NCBI GenBank assembly: GCA_015661795.1
Contig: DQVJ01000104.1
Location: 1 to 37,969, forward strand
DNA from: Sulfurovum sp.
GTDB taxonomy: Bacteria > Campylobacterota > Campylobacteria > Campylobacterales > Sulfurovaceae
Reading direction: 5' to 3'
DNA: 37,969 nucleotides
Below, in pieces: positions 18,270-28,947 of the stretch (within the stretch, counting starts at the first letter, position 1; every line of letters begins with the position of its first letter). The notes beneath the pieces were generated by a model. That model saw only the letters and a program-made list of their open reading frames with translations. It did not search any database and was not told the origin of the DNA. The translations under genes were made by a program, and so were the position numbers.

Positions 18270-20684
18270 ATGTCTCAACATATTAAATGGTTTAATGAAT
18301 TAAATATAGGTGATGTTGAACTCGTTGGTGGTAAAAATGCTTCTTTGGGTGAAATGTACCAAAATCTTTCACAACAAGGTATCCGTATTCCTAATGGATT
18401 TGCTATTACTGTAAATGCCTATCGTTATATTTTAGACAGTAATGATGTTTGGGAAAAACTACATTCACAACTTGACACCCTCGATCCAAATGATGTTGTA
18501 TCATTGCAGACAAAAGGTAAAACGTGTCGAGAAATCATACAAAACTGTAAGATACCAGATGACCTCATATCTCAAATAAACACTGCCTATGAGACATTAA
18601 AGACTGAATATGGTGAAGAAGTGACATTTGCAGTAAGAAGTTCAGCTACAGCAGAAGATTCTCCTGAAGCCTCTTTTGCAGGGCAGAATGACAGTTACCT
18701 TAATGTCTCAGGTTTAGATGCGCTACTGCTTACATATAAACGTTGTTTAGCATCTAATTTTACAGATCGGTCTTTACATTACAAGTTTGATCATGGATTT
18801 GATTATTTAAAAGTATATATCAGTGTTGTCGTAATGAAAATGGTTAGATCTGATATCGGTGCAAGTGGTGTCATGTTTTCTATAGATTCTGAAACAGGAT
18901 TTAAGGATGTAGTGTTCATTAATGCTGCCTATGGGTTAGGTGAAAATATTGTACAAGGTAACATATCTCCGGACAGTTTTTACGTACATAAACCCACATA
19001 TAAGAAAGGTTTCCGAAGTGTACTGAAGCGAAAACTAGGTGATAAAGCATTGACTATGATCTTTACTGATGCTATCCATAAAAAAAATGTCTCCAACGCC
19101 TATACAAAAAATATACCCACTCCCATGAAAAAACAAAAAAAATTCTCTATTAATGATGAAGATGTGCTTCTCTTGGCTGACTACTCTATACAAATAGAAA
19201 CACATTATTCAAACCAAGCTGGGTATGACAAACCTATGGATATCGAATGGGCAAAAGATGGTCTAGATGGACAACTCTATATCGTCCAAGCACGTCCAGA
19301 AACGGTAGAATCACGTAAAGCAGAAAATACTTTAGAAATATACACTTTACATCAAAATGGTAACATACTGGTAGAAGGACAAGCCGTTGGAACAAAAATA
19401 GGTTCTGGAAGAGTACGTAAGATTACAGATATGAGTAAATTGCATGAATTTCAAGAAGGCGATGTACTGGTTGCCCAAAATACAAGTCCAGACTGGGAAC
19501 CTATTATGAAAATAGCTTCTGCCATTGTGACTGACAGTGGAGGAAGAACATGTCATGCTGCCATTGTTTCTAGAGAATTAGGGATTCCTGCTATCGTTGG
19601 TACAAAAAATGCGACAAAAGTATTAAAAGATTTAGAAGCAATAACTGTAAGTTGTGCTGAGGGGGAAACAGGTTTAGTCTATGAAGGATTACTTGACTTT
19701 GAAGTCATACAAACAAACCTTAATGACATTCCAAATACCAAAACAAGTATCATGATGAACCTTGGTAATCCTGAGCTTGCTTTTTCTCTTGCTTCACTTC
19801 CTGTAGATGGTATTGGTCTTGCACGTATGGAGTTTATCATTAATACATCGATAAAAGTACACCCTATGGCACTGTTACATCCTGAAAAACTTGACACTTC
19901 CACACAAAAGCATGTAAACCACTTAATATCCGGTTATGAGAATGCCAAAAGTTTTTTCATTCAAACCCTCTCAGAAGGTGTGGCGAGTATAGCATCATCA
20001 GTATACCCAAAACCTTGTATAGTGAGAATGAGTGATTTTAAAAGCAATGAATATGCCACACTCATAGGTGGAAAATATTTTGAAGAAAATGAAGCAAATC
20101 CTATGATAGGTTTTAGAGGAGCATCCCGGTACACTCATCCTGCTTATGAAGAAGCATTTGCATTAGAATGTGCTGCTATGAAACGAGTCAGAAATGAAAT
20201 GGGTTTCACAAATGTAATACTTATGATTCCTTTTTGCCGTAGAGTAGAAGAGGGAAAGAATGTACTCAGTGTAATGGAGAAACATGGTCTCAAGCAAGGT
20301 ATAAATGGGTTAAAAGTATATATTATGTGTGAGATACCCAATAATGTGATACTCATAGATGAATTTTGTCAATATTTTGATGGTATCAGCATTGGTTCAA
20401 ATGACTTAACTCAACTGGTACTAGGTGTAGACAGAGATTCTGATATCGTTTCTTTTGATTATAATGAACGTGATCCTGGAGTGATGAAGATGATAGAAAT
20501 GGCAGTTGAAGGTGCAAAACGAAATCATCGCCATAGTGGCATTTGCGGTCAAGGGCCATCTGATTATCCAGAAATGGCCAAAGCCCTTGTAAAACTGGGG
20601 ATAGACTCAATAAGTCTTAATCCAGATAGTGTTTTAAACACTATACAGCTTATCAATAAACTAGAATTACAAGAGGATAAATAA
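18270..20684 (+). CDS. ppsA: Phosphoenolpyruvate synthase
   Basis: VGGKNASLGE, RSSATAED, GGRTCHAA phospho-His, GFRGA, GICGQ. Confidence 0.95.
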   Translation: MSQHIKWFNELNIGDVELVGGKNASLGEMYQNLSQQGIRIPNGFAITVNAYRYILDSNDVWEKLHSQLDTLDPNDVVSLQTKGKTCREIIQNCKIPDDLISQINTAYETLKTEYGEEVTFAVRSSATAEDSPEASFAGQNDSYLNVSGLDALLLTYKRCLASNFTDRSLHYKFDHGFDYLKVYISVVVMKMVRSDIGASGVMFSIDSETGFKDVVFINAAYGLGENIVQGNISPDSFYVHKPTYKKGFRSVLKRKLGDKALTMIFTDAIHKKNVSNAYTKNIPTPMKKQKKFSINDEDVLLLADYSIQIETHYSNQAGYDKPMDIEWAKDGLDGQLYIVQARPETVESRKAENTLEIYTLHQNGNILVEGQAVGTKIGSGRVRKITDMSKLHEFQEGDVLVAQNTSPDWEPIMKIASAIVTDSGGRTCHAAIVSRELGIPAIVGTKNATKVLKDLEAITVSCAEGETGLVYEGLLDFEVIQTNLNDIPNTKTSIMMNLGNPELAFSLASLPVDGIGLARMEFIINTSIKVHPMALLHPEKLDTSTQKHVNHLISGYENAKSFFIQTLSEGVASIASSVYPKPCIVRMSDFKSNEYATLIGGKYFEENEANPMIGFRGASRYTHPAYEEAFALECAAMKRVRNEMGFTNVILMIPFCRRVEEGKNVLSVMEKHGLKQGINGLKVYIMCEIPNNVILIDEFCQYFDGISIGSNDLTQLVLGVDRDSDIVSFDYNERDPGVMKMIEMAVEGAKRNHRHSGICGQGPSDYPEMAKALVKLGIDSISLNPDSVLNTIQLINKLELQEDK

Positions 20685-20698
20685 TCACTATATGTTTC

Positions 20699-20959
20699 TT
20701 ATCTGCAGATTGCCTGTTTTGTCTTTTCTTGATTGAGTTTTTTAATTAACTTACTTGAAAGTTCAGTATACCGTTCTTCATCAAGACTTAATTTTTCTTT
20801 TATTGTTTCTATCTCTATACCTTCTGCCCATGCTTTAAGCAATTTTAACTCTTTTTTGGTAAGTTTTAATTTTAATGCTTCATTTAAAGCATCTTCCTCT
20901 TTTAGTGGATTTACCAACTTGTTGATATGTTTTTCTATTTCTATACTAAGTGTTAACAA
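20699..20959 (-). CDS. Small hypothetical protein, possible LuxR/sigma4-like HTH
   Basis: GGAG SD plus TTG; LTKKELKLLKAWAEG resembles the start of a LuxR-type HTH. Confidence 0.55.
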   Translation of the reverse strand: MLTLSIEIEKHINKLVNPLKEEDALNEALKLKLTKKELKLLKAWAEGIEIETIKEKLSLDEERYTELSSKLIKKLNQEKTKQAICR

Positions 20960-20967
20960 TATTTCTC

Positions 20968-21354
20968 CTATTTTGTAAAATGTAATATTATAATGTATCC
21001 CATCCCTGCAAAAAGAATGGTTCCAAAAAGATTAAATGCCATATTGGCGAATGCTTGTGTATACTGTCCAGCTTCAAGTAAAAAGAAACTTTCTATAGCA
21101 AATGTAGAATACGTTGTGAATGCCCCCAAAATACCTGTCACCATAAACGTTTTAAAGTAAGGCGAAAGCGTAGTGTTAATATGGAAATATGCAAACAACA
21201 TACCAATAAGTAAAGAACCTATAAGGTTTACTGCCAATGTTCCTAAAGGTAGAGCGTGAATAAATGTTTTGTTAACCGAAGCATTAATCAACAGTCGCAT
21301 CGTTGCACCTATAGCACCGCCACTAGCGACTGCGAGAAAAGTTAGAGAGTTCAT
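20968..21354 (-). CDS. crcB: Fluoride channel Fluc/CrcB
   Basis: GGAIGA..R, GTLAVNLIG, TGILGAFTTYSTF. Confidence 0.9.
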   Translation of the reverse strand: MNSLTFLAVASGGAIGATMRLLINASVNKTFIHALPLGTLAVNLIGSLLIGMLFAYFHINTTLSPYFKTFMVTGILGAFTTYSTFAIESFFLLEAGQYTQAFANMAFNLFGTILFAGMGYIIILHFTK

Positions 21355-22033
21355 TATCTATCTCCTTTTGCATCTCATCACGCAATACCTCAAACCAATC
21401 TTCATCTGCTTTACTCACATCAATCGTTGGTAAAAATGTATAATGGACTGTACCAGAATGTGCTGTTTTTTCATGTTCATTCAATACCCATTTACTACCT
21501 GTTATAACTATGGGTTGAACTTTTAAACCTAGTTTGTTTGCTATAATTTTTGTACCTTGCTTAAAAGGAAGTAGGGCTTGTTTGTCTGTTCTTGTACCTT
21601 CTGGGAAAATAGCTACGGGTCTGTGTAACACTTCTTTAGATACCTTGACATCTTTTATAAGCTTTATAAGTCCTGCCTTATTTCCTCTATCTAAAGAAAT
21701 CATCTCACCATATCGTAATAGATTTCCAAACCAAAATGCATCAAAAAGTTCTTTTTTTGCTACCCAGCGTAAGTGGTTATTTTGTAACGCTTCAAGAGCA
21801 ATAATATCTACAATACCTTGATGATTCATTACATACATATCTGCATCTAAATCCATAGTCCCAATCTGTGCTAGCTTTCCACCCATCATAAACAGTGTCA
21901 ACCTATTGATATAATGAACAATCGTACTTTTATATTTTCCAAAAAGCATCAAGGCGGGTATCATAAAAACTGCTGTATTAAATGAGATGACAAAAGCACC
22001 CCAATAAAATCTAATGGTTGCAAAGATCTTCAT
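21323..22033 (-). CDS. plsC: 1-acyl-sn-glycerol-3-phosphate acyltransferase
   Basis: NHQxxxD, AKKEL, FPEGTR. Confidence 0.9.
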   Translation of the reverse strand: MKIFATIRFYWGAFVISFNTAVFMIPALMLFGKYKSTIVHYINRLTLFMMGGKLAQIGTMDLDADMYVMNHQGIVDIIALEALQNNHLRWVAKKELFDAFWFGNLLRYGEMISLDRGNKAGLIKLIKDVKVSKEVLHRPVAIFPEGTRTDKQALLPFKQGTKIIANKLGLKVQPIVITGSKWVLNEHEKTAHSGTVHYTFLPTIDVSKADEDWFEVLRDEMQKEIDNELSNFSRSR

Positions 22034-23051
22034 TTTTGATCCATCCTATGATTCCTTTTTTGTATTCTACTTTTTTGTACTCTCCTCGCTCAGCTAATAA
22101 CATTGTATCTAATTCTTTTTCTACTCTTGTACCTATAGTACTTGTCTCCGTAGGAATAATATACAATGGTGCACCTTGTTTGACACAAATCTTTTTATGC
22201 GGTATATAAAATGTCAAAAGTGTGATAATGGAGACAACACCCAAAACTAGGTATAAAAAATCTCTTCTCCATATAAACATCAGTAGAAAAAAAATAGAAA
22301 AAGTCACAAGCGTATAACGCTTCAGTCTTTTAAATGCATCTACTTTGGGGTTAAGATCCGACTGTGTTGTCACAGAAGCATCTGCAACTTTGACTGATAC
22401 ATTTATAGGGATATAACGTTGCTTAATGGTATTAAAATAAGTAAAAACTAACTCTTTTTGTGTACGTGGAAGAACTGCGTAAAATTCAGCCGTTACTTTT
22501 GCATAATCCCTTTTAATATTTTCTATACCATATTCGGGAACGCTTGATAAAATCATATCTTCAATGTTTGCTTCATAGGCTTCAATAGAAAGTGTAACAA
22601 TATGGTTACTCCCGTCAAAGTTTGAAACTTGATAATTTTTTATTTTCATATCCGCTGCCAATACACCTGAAAAATCATTTTGTGGCTTTAGTGTCTCAAT
22701 AGAGATATAGTGCTTTTCTAAAGTTACATCTTGGATTTCTGATGAGATGAAAAGCATAGGAATACGAACATCTGTTTTGCCTGCTTTAAAATAAAAAGTA
22801 TAAAAAGTATTATGACCATTTTTGACTTCTAATGGAGTATCAAACAATGGTTGTATAGGACTTGCATTGTCATAGGTTAATGTAGCGCTCCCTTGAGAAG
22901 TTCCTACCCCTACCACTGTTACAGGAAAGAGTTGATTTTCATATACCTTTTTTGGGATATAACTATAATGGTACTCACCCTGTGCATCTAAGTAGCTGGT
23001 AAGAGAAAGCACCATCACTACATAAAGACATACAGAACGAAAGAATGACAT
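22011..23051 (-). CDS. Exported membrane-anchored protein with C-terminal SH3-like domain (Cj0515-like)
   Basis: Signal peptide, two TM segments, ...IIGWIK terminus; position between purQ and plsC. Confidence 0.65.
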   Translation of the reverse strand: MSFFRSVCLYVVMVLSLTSYLDAQGEYHYSYIPKKVYENQLFPVTVVGVGTSQGSATLTYDNASPIQPLFDTPLEVKNGHNTFYTFYFKAGKTDVRIPMLFISSEIQDVTLEKHYISIETLKPQNDFSGVLAADMKIKNYQVSNFDGSNHIVTLSIEAYEANIEDMILSSVPEYGIENIKRDYAKVTAEFYAVLPRTQKELVFTYFNTIKQRYIPINVSVKVADASVTTQSDLNPKVDAFKRLKRYTLVTFSIFFLLMFIWRRDFLYLVLGVVSIITLLTFYIPHKKICVKQGAPLYIIPTETSTIGTRVEKELDTMLLAERGEYKKVEYKKGIIGWIKNEDLCNH

Positions 23052-23722
23052 TAGGCACTTAAGCCTTTAAGCATACGTATACCATCTTCCGAACCTAAAA
23101 TAGCTTCCAATGCACGTTCAGGATGCGGCATAAGTCCAAAAACATTCTTATTTTCATTACAAACACCTGCAATGGAAGTAACCGATCCATTCACAACTAC
23201 TGGATTACCTTGTTCATCAGAGTAGCGAAGAAGTATCTGACCATTTTCCTCTATCTTTTTAAAACCTTCTTCATCAATATAATAATTTCCATCCGCATGT
23301 GCAATAGGAATATTCAGTACTTCACCTTCTTTACATTGATTTAAGAATGCATTATCATTGTTAATCACACAAAGGTTTTGATGTTTCGAAATAAAGTGTA
23401 GGTTATTATTACGTTTTAATGCACCTGGAAGTAGTCCTGCTTCCGTAAGTATTTGAAATCCATTACAAATACCAAGTACTTTTCCACCATTGTCTGCAAA
23501 TTTCGTCACTGCTTTCATAATAGGAGAAAATCTTGCTATTGAGCCAGAGCGTAAATAATCTCCATAAGAGAAACCACCAGGTACTACGACCAAGTCAATA
23601 TCTGAGGGGAGTGTTTCATTTTCATGCCATAGCAGTTCTGTAGTATGACCTAATGTTTCAAATGCATACTGTGTATCAAACTCACAGTTTGTACCAGGGA
23701 ATCTTAATACTGCTACTTTCAT
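23051..23722 (-). CDS. purQ: FGAM synthase glutaminase subunit
   Basis: FPGTNC, PGGFSYGDY, GICNGFQ, MPHPER. Confidence 0.95.
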   Translation of the reverse strand: MKVAVLRFPGTNCEFDTQYAFETLGHTTELLWHENETLPSDIDLVVVPGGFSYGDYLRSGSIARFSPIMKAVTKFADNGGKVLGICNGFQILTEAGLLPGALKRNNNLHFISKHQNLCVINNDNAFLNQCKEGEVLNIPIAHADGNYYIDEEGFKKIEENGQILLRYSDEQGNPVVVNGSVTSIAGVCNENKNVFGLMPHPERALEAILGSEDGIRMLKGLSA

Positions 23723-23723
23723 A

Positions 23724-23969
23724 TTAGCTAATCTCTATCGTGTAATCTTCGATAACAGTGTTTGCCAATAGGGTTTCACACATTTCTTTTACTTCTGCTT
23801 CAGCTTTTGTTTTGTCATCTGTATCAAGTTTTATCACAATCTGTTTACCTATACGTACATCATCTACTCCTGCAAATCCCAAAGAATCAAGTGCATGATG
23901 TGCTGCTTTTCCCTGAGGGTCCAAAACCCCTTCCTTTAAAAATACGTTTACTATTGCTGTCATACCCAT
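23724..23969 (-). CDS. purS: FGAM synthase subunit PurS
   Basis: VLDPQG, VRIGK, LLANTVIE. Confidence 0.95.
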   Translation of the reverse strand: MGMTAIVNVFLKEGVLDPQGKAAHHALDSLGFAGVDDVRIGKQIVIKLDTDDKTKAEAEVKEMCETLLANTVIEDYTIEIS

Positions 23970-23972
23970 CCC

Positions 23973-24686
23973 TTATCTGTTTTTAATTCTCTCAAGTACT
24001 TGTCTATAGGCTTCTGTAAGTCCACCTAGACCTTGTCTAAATCTATCTTTATCCAGTTTTTCATCCGTGTTTGCATCCCATAATCTAAAATTATCTGGGC
24101 TCAGTTCATCGATGAGTATAATATTCCCATCTTTGTCTCTACCAAATTCCAACTTGAAATCTACCAATTTAATATCTAAACTTGCGTAAAAATCAGAAAG
24201 CAGGGTATTAATACGTCTCGCCATAAATCTTATATAATCAAGTTCATCTGTATTTTTCACAAGGTTCAATATAAGACAATGCTGATCATTAAGCTTTGGA
24301 TCACCTAGTGCATCATTTTTATAGTCAAACTCTACAAGTGTAAATGGAAGTACTGTTTTATCTGCAATCCCAAGATTTCTACTTAAAGAACCAGTTGCTA
24401 TATTCCTCACAATCACCTCTATAGAGATAACATCTGCTGCTTTATGCAACATATTGTTATCATCTAGCGTATCTACATAATGGGTAGGGATACCTTTTTC
24501 ATTCAGGTATTTGAAGAGCTCTGTTGAAATTTGATTATTCAGTGCACCTTTACCTTCTTCACTTGATTTTTTTTCTCCATTAAATGCAGTTAAAGAATCT
24601 TTAAATTCAGAAATAAGTAGATTTTCATCTTCTGTTTTCCAAATTTTTTTTGCTTTCCCTTCATACAGGAGCTCTCTTTTGGTCAT
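23973..24686 (-). CDS. purC: SAICAR synthase
   Basis: YEGKAK, EVIVRN, DFKLEFG, DKDRFR. Confidence 0.95.
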   Translation of the reverse strand: MTKRELLYEGKAKKIWKTEDENLLISEFKDSLTAFNGEKKSSEEGKGALNNQISTELFKYLNEKGIPTHYVDTLDDNNMLHKAADVISIEVIVRNIATGSLSRNLGIADKTVLPFTLVEFDYKNDALGDPKLNDQHCLILNLVKNTDELDYIRFMARRINTLLSDFYASLDIKLVDFKLEFGRDKDGNIILIDELSPDNFRLWDANTDEKLDKDRFRQGLGGLTEAYRQVLERIKNR

Positions 24687-24688
24687 AC

Positions 24689-26044
24689 TTATTTTCCTTT
24701 GTTTGTAATGATAAGTGCTTTTAAGATATCTACAGCCGATTTAAGCTGGGCATCTTTGTAAAGTTGTTGTTCTGTGATAATACTCTCATCAATTTCTGTT
24801 TCATTATTTTCAGAAGTGGCATTGATTTCTATTGGTTCAATAGTCCCTTTCTCTATATTTGAAAGTTCTTCTTCCAAATGTTTTTTAAGATCTCTTTCTT
24901 TTAAAAGTACAGGATCTTCTTGATATTCAATTTTTCCTAAATGTACTATAATATCTGGCGTGACACCTACTGCTTGAATTGTACGCCCGCTTGGCAAATA
25001 ATATCTTGCTACAGTCAGTTTTAATGCCTCTTTTTCACCTATAGGCATAACTACTTGTACAGAACCTTTACCAAATGTTTTTTCACCAATGACAATAGAA
25101 CGATTAAAGTCTTGTAGTGCCCCAGCAACAATCTCTGAAGCAGAAGCAGAGCCACCATCCACAAGAACTATTATAGGCGTATCCGTATCTGTTCCTTTTT
25201 TATGTGCATTATATTGCGTGTTTTCACTTTTCAACTTACCTTTTTGGCTAACGATAACACCTTTGTCTACAAAAAGATCTACCAGACCAACAGCTTGGTC
25301 CAACAAGCCTCCAGGGTTACTTCTAAGGTCAAGTATAATACCTTGGGTATTATTATGTTCTTTTATTGCTTTTTTCACATTTTTGACTACTTTTTGATCG
25401 AAAGAAGTGACAAGTAAATACAGTAATTTATCTTCTATCGTTTTGGCATAAACAGACTGTATCTTTATAATATCTCTAACAATTTTTATTTTAAGTGGTT
25501 TAAGCTCTTTTTTTCTGATGATGGTAAGAACAACAGAAGTCTTAGGTTTTCCTCTCATCAGTTTAACTGACTCATCAATATTCATACCAATGGTTGCAGT
25601 ATTATCTATTTTCAAAATAATATCTCCAGACTTGACACCTGCTCTATACGCAGGTGTGTCTTTAATAGGAGCAATAACGGTTAATGCTCCTTCTTTCATA
25701 CCTATAGAAATACCAAGCCCACCAAACTCACCTTTGGTTTGTACAGTCAGGTCTTTAAATGCTTTAGTATCCATATACGTGGAGTGTGCATCAAGGTTTG
25801 TCATCAAGCCTTTTAATGCTTTTTCTACAAGAGACGTTGTATTGATGTCATCCACATACTGACTCTCTATGAGATTGAGTATTTGAGTAAACTTAATATA
25901 TGCAGCCATTTTTTCTTTGGCTGTAGAAGGGGTATATTTTTTTACACTTGCATTTTTTGCCATTGCAGAAGAACTAAATAGATAGGATACTGCCAGAGCC
26001 GATACTAACCCTGCTATAATCACTTTTTTACTTTTTTTAATCAT
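24689..26044 (-). CDS. ctpA: S41A carboxyl-terminal protease
   Basis: [26 protein letters not shown]. Confidence 0.9.
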   Translation of the reverse strand: MIKKSKKVIIAGLVSALAVSYLFSSSAMAKNASVKKYTPSTAKEKMAAYIKFTQILNLIESQYVDDINTTSLVEKALKGLMTNLDAHSTYMDTKAFKDLTVQTKGEFGGLGISIGMKEGALTVIAPIKDTPAYRAGVKSGDIILKIDNTATIGMNIDESVKLMRGKPKTSVVLTIIRKKELKPLKIKIVRDIIKIQSVYAKTIEDKLLYLLVTSFDQKVVKNVKKAIKEHNNTQGIILDLRSNPGGLLDQAVGLVDLFVDKGVIVSQKGKLKSENTQYNAHKKGTDTDTPIIVLVDGGSASASEIVAGALQDFNRSIVIGEKTFGKGSVQVVMPIGEKEALKLTVARYYLPSGRTIQAVGVTPDIIVHLGKIEYQEDPVLLKERDLKKHLEEELSNIEKGTIEPIEINATSENNETEIDESIITEQQLYKDAQLKSAVDILKALIITNKGK

Positions 26045-26084
26045 ATGATAGTCTCTCCATGAGAATTGATTTATAATTTTATTT

Positions 26085-26115
26085 AAAAACGTATAAGAGG
26101 TTGCTTTTATACGTT
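26085..26115 (-). terminator. Probable intrinsic terminator of the MoxR-DUF58-transglutaminase operon
   Basis: Minus strand AACGTATAAAAG-caac-CTCTTATACGTT followed by a T run, 26 nt after the stop at 26142. Confidence 0.5.
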
Positions 26116-26141
26116 ATTGCAACGAGTATAGTTTATAAAAG

Positions 26142-28106
26142 TTAACAGTTCTTCATTTTAGATATTTTTTTTACTAAATGTTTGAGTTCTATTCTAGATT
26201 TTTGTAATGTATAAGTCCCATAGACTATTTCTTCGTATAATACATCAACCCTTTGTAAAGCGTGTATCACCATATAGTGACTTGGAAACTCTGTTTCATA
26301 ACGCATAAAATATTGATGTAAGCTTTCATTTTTTTTACGCACAAAACCTTTTTTCTTCAAAGATCGTAATAAGGGCTGTACAATAGACAATGCTTCTGAA
26401 CTGTACCGTGGACGTTTCAAATAGGTGATTAACAACAAAGTGATTATTACCAATAAAATCAAACTTGTCACTAAAATAAAAATAAATCTAGGATTTTTTT
26501 TTGCATATTGCAGTAACTGTTTTTGACGTATGTTTGAGTAATAGAGTATCCATGTTTCTACCTGATATTTAGCATACATAAGATAGAGGTTTATTTTTTT
26601 TGCCAAAGGACTCTGAGTTGGGCTGTTTGTTTGCTTATCTTCACTGCCCACTGTATTGATTTCTATATGTGATGCGGTACTTGTGCTTTCATATCTTACC
26701 CAGTGTGAATTCATATAAAGTTCTACCCATGCATGGGCATCCTTTTCTTTAACCGCTAGATAATTATTTAAAGCATTACTGCTATCTCCTTTATACCCTG
26801 TCACGATACGGGCAGGTATTCCTGCCATACGTGCCATTGTAGTAAAGGAAGATGCAAAATGTACACAATAGCCACGTTTTTTATCAAACAAAAAACTGTC
26901 TGTTGTGTGATTGATATCCAATGGTTCAGGTTTGAGTGTATAGGTCAAGGACTTAGCGTGAAAAAACATAACGATAGCTTTGGCTCTTTCTTCTTTTGAA
27001 ACATATAGATTTTTAATTTTCAATGCTTCTTCATAGGTTTTTGGGTTTTGTTTTGCATCAAAGCGTGAAGAAACTTTTAAAGTATATCTATCAACTTTAT
27101 CATAAAATTTAGAATTCAAGGTAGATCTTGCAGTATAGTGTAGAGGTTCTTTAATAGCATCTTTGACTGTACTGATAAGATCTCTGTCCAGTACACTCTC
27201 TTTTGCAGGACTTTGCGGTATATCAAGTAGATAAATCCAACGTTTCTGGGTAGGGTATAGTGTGACGTTATACGCTACCTTTGCACCATCTCTCGTGTAA
27301 GAGACATAATTATTTCTTTTCACAAATGAGGGGATAGGCTCCCAATGGTCTTTTTTATCAATGTACAAAATACTACCTCTAAAATAAAGAAAATGTGCAG
27401 GAGGTACTTGCTTTTCAAACCCAACCTCCATCACGATTCGCTCACTAGGCACAAGTAAAGCTTTATTATCTAAATACATCGTACCATCATGTCCCATACG
27501 TTGTATCGTCTCACCTTTAAATCCATAATTGGCATGTTCAAAAGAGATACGAGGGAAAAAAATAAACAGCACGACCACCCATGGTAATGAATACATAAAC
27601 ATCACCATAGTAGCGCGAAAACTTTCTACCAAATCACTCTGCATACGGTGTGTAAGTACCATCCAAAGCAAGAAAAAAACTTCAAAGATGACATAAATGA
27701 GCATCACAATACCATGATAAAAAAATAATGACAGTGCTAAAAATAAAAAGGGTGAGATGAGCAGGTAAAAGTTTATCTTTTGGGTGAGTCTTTGCATGGC
27801 TACTACCACAAGTAAAACATAGACCAATAGTTCTAAAAACAGCTTAAGACGGGAGAGTCCCCTAAAGCTAAAAGCCCCATACATGGACAGGTAGACCGCC
27901 AATACACCTAAAATAAATACAAACAATATCAGTCCGTTACCTGCAGGAGTACGCTTAAAATAAAGAAGAGAAAAAATTATAATACTAAATAATATCATAG
28001 GCACTTTAAGCATCAATATAAGAGGCAAAAGCACTACTATATAGACCCAATCTAAAAGAACAAGGTCTTCTAGTTTAGTAGGTAGCGAGGGTAGTGAGAA
28101 TCTCAT
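26142..28106 (-). CDS. DUF3488 / transglutaminase-like membrane protein (TgpA-like)
   Basis: N-terminal TM bundle ending FPR, LYFRG, GYCVHFA, ARIVTGY, DAHAWVE. Confidence 0.85.
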   Translation of the reverse strand: MRFSLPSLPTKLEDLVLLDWVYIVVLLPLILMLKVPMILFSIIIFSLLYFKRTPAGNGLILFVFILGVLAVYLSMYGAFSFRGLSRLKLFLELLVYVLLVVVAMQRLTQKINFYLLISPFLFLALSLFFYHGIVMLIYVIFEVFFLLWMVLTHRMQSDLVESFRATMVMFMYSLPWVVVLFIFFPRISFEHANYGFKGETIQRMGHDGTMYLDNKALLVPSERIVMEVGFEKQVPPAHFLYFRGSILYIDKKDHWEPIPSFVKRNNYVSYTRDGAKVAYNVTLYPTQKRWIYLLDIPQSPAKESVLDRDLISTVKDAIKEPLHYTARSTLNSKFYDKVDRYTLKVSSRFDAKQNPKTYEEALKIKNLYVSKEERAKAIVMFFHAKSLTYTLKPEPLDINHTTDSFLFDKKRGYCVHFASSFTTMARMAGIPARIVTGYKGDSSNALNNYLAVKEKDAHAWVELYMNSHWVRYESTSTASHIEINTVGSEDKQTNSPTQSPLAKKINLYLMYAKYQVETWILYYSNIRQKQLLQYAKKNPRFIFILVTSLILLVIITLLLITYLKRPRYSSEALSIVQPLLRSLKKKGFVRKKNESLHQYFMRYETEFPSHYMVIHALQRVDVLYEEIVYGTYTLQKSRIELKHLVKKISKMKNC

Positions 28107-28947
28107 CTATGCTCTCCTTATGGCTACTAAGTTGCACGTTAGGTAGTTTTACACTAAAGGGTAAATGTTTTTTTTCACAAGCAAGTACCCAGAGGCAAAG
28201 TTGAGAAAGACGTGCTTCATCGTTACTACCTGCCTTATAAAAATCAAAAACAAGATTCGCTGTCTGCGTCTCTTTTATAAAAGTCTTTACCAAGAGTTCT
28301 CCTTTTGCCACAGATGCCCAGTGGATATGTGAGAGCTTTTGTGAAGCATCATAAGCACGTAAGCCATCAAACTCTTTTTCTTCTCCATAATGTGTCTCAG
28401 CTTCATTGAGAAAAGTTTCTAGGCTTTTGCCTTTGGGTTCAGGATAAGCCATACCTTCATAACTACCCTCTATGGCTAAAGTAAGCCTCGCTGTTGAAAG
28501 TGGATATTTACTCTCCAAGTAACATTCAGCATACTCAAATATCCCTCGTTTTGTTGGAGTAAAGGGAAGTGACAGTATGTTACTAGTCTCCCCTTTGAGT
28601 TGTATCAAGTCCATAGAAGAGCCTTTTCCATGAAGCGTGACTGACCACGAAGGAGTTGTACTGGTATTGGTCACCTCCACTAATATTTTACCTTCTTGTC
28701 CTGTAAAAAATCGTCCAGAGGGCACAAATGTTGATTGTATATGACCTAAATTGAGAACACCTAAAGGGCCTGCAGAAAAAGCAAAAGAAAATACAAAAAA
28801 AAGCGTAATATAGACTAAATTAAAGTCATGCATATAGGCTTCTAAAAAAAGCCCAAAGAGTATTACTACAATGACAATCGAAAAAATGGTGGCATGTTGT
28901 TTGATACGTTTATGTATCTGGATGAATGTGCGTAAAGATTTCAACAT
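28075..28947 (-). CDS. DUF58-domain protein
   Basis: EFDGLRAY...IHWASVAK; lies between MoxR and transglutaminase genes. Confidence 0.8.
   Translation of the reverse strand: MLKSLRTFIQIHKRIKQHATIFSIVIVVILFGLFLEAYMHDFNLVYITLFFVFSFAFSAGPLGVLNLGHIQSTFVPSGRFFTGQEGKILVEVTNTSTTPSWSVTLHGKGSSMDLIQLKGETSNILSLPFTPTKRGIFEYAECYLESKYPLSTARLTLAIEGSYEGMAYPEPKGKSLETFLNEAETHYGEEKEFDGLRAYDASQKLSHIHWASVAKGELLVKTFIKETQTANLVFDFYKAGSNDEARLSQLCLWVLACEKKHLPFSVKLPNVQLSSHKESIDEILTTLATY

Noticed and set aside
21354-21450. Fluoride riboswitch upstream of crcB
   Set aside because: crcB starts inside plsC coding sequence; no leader or riboswitch motif seen.
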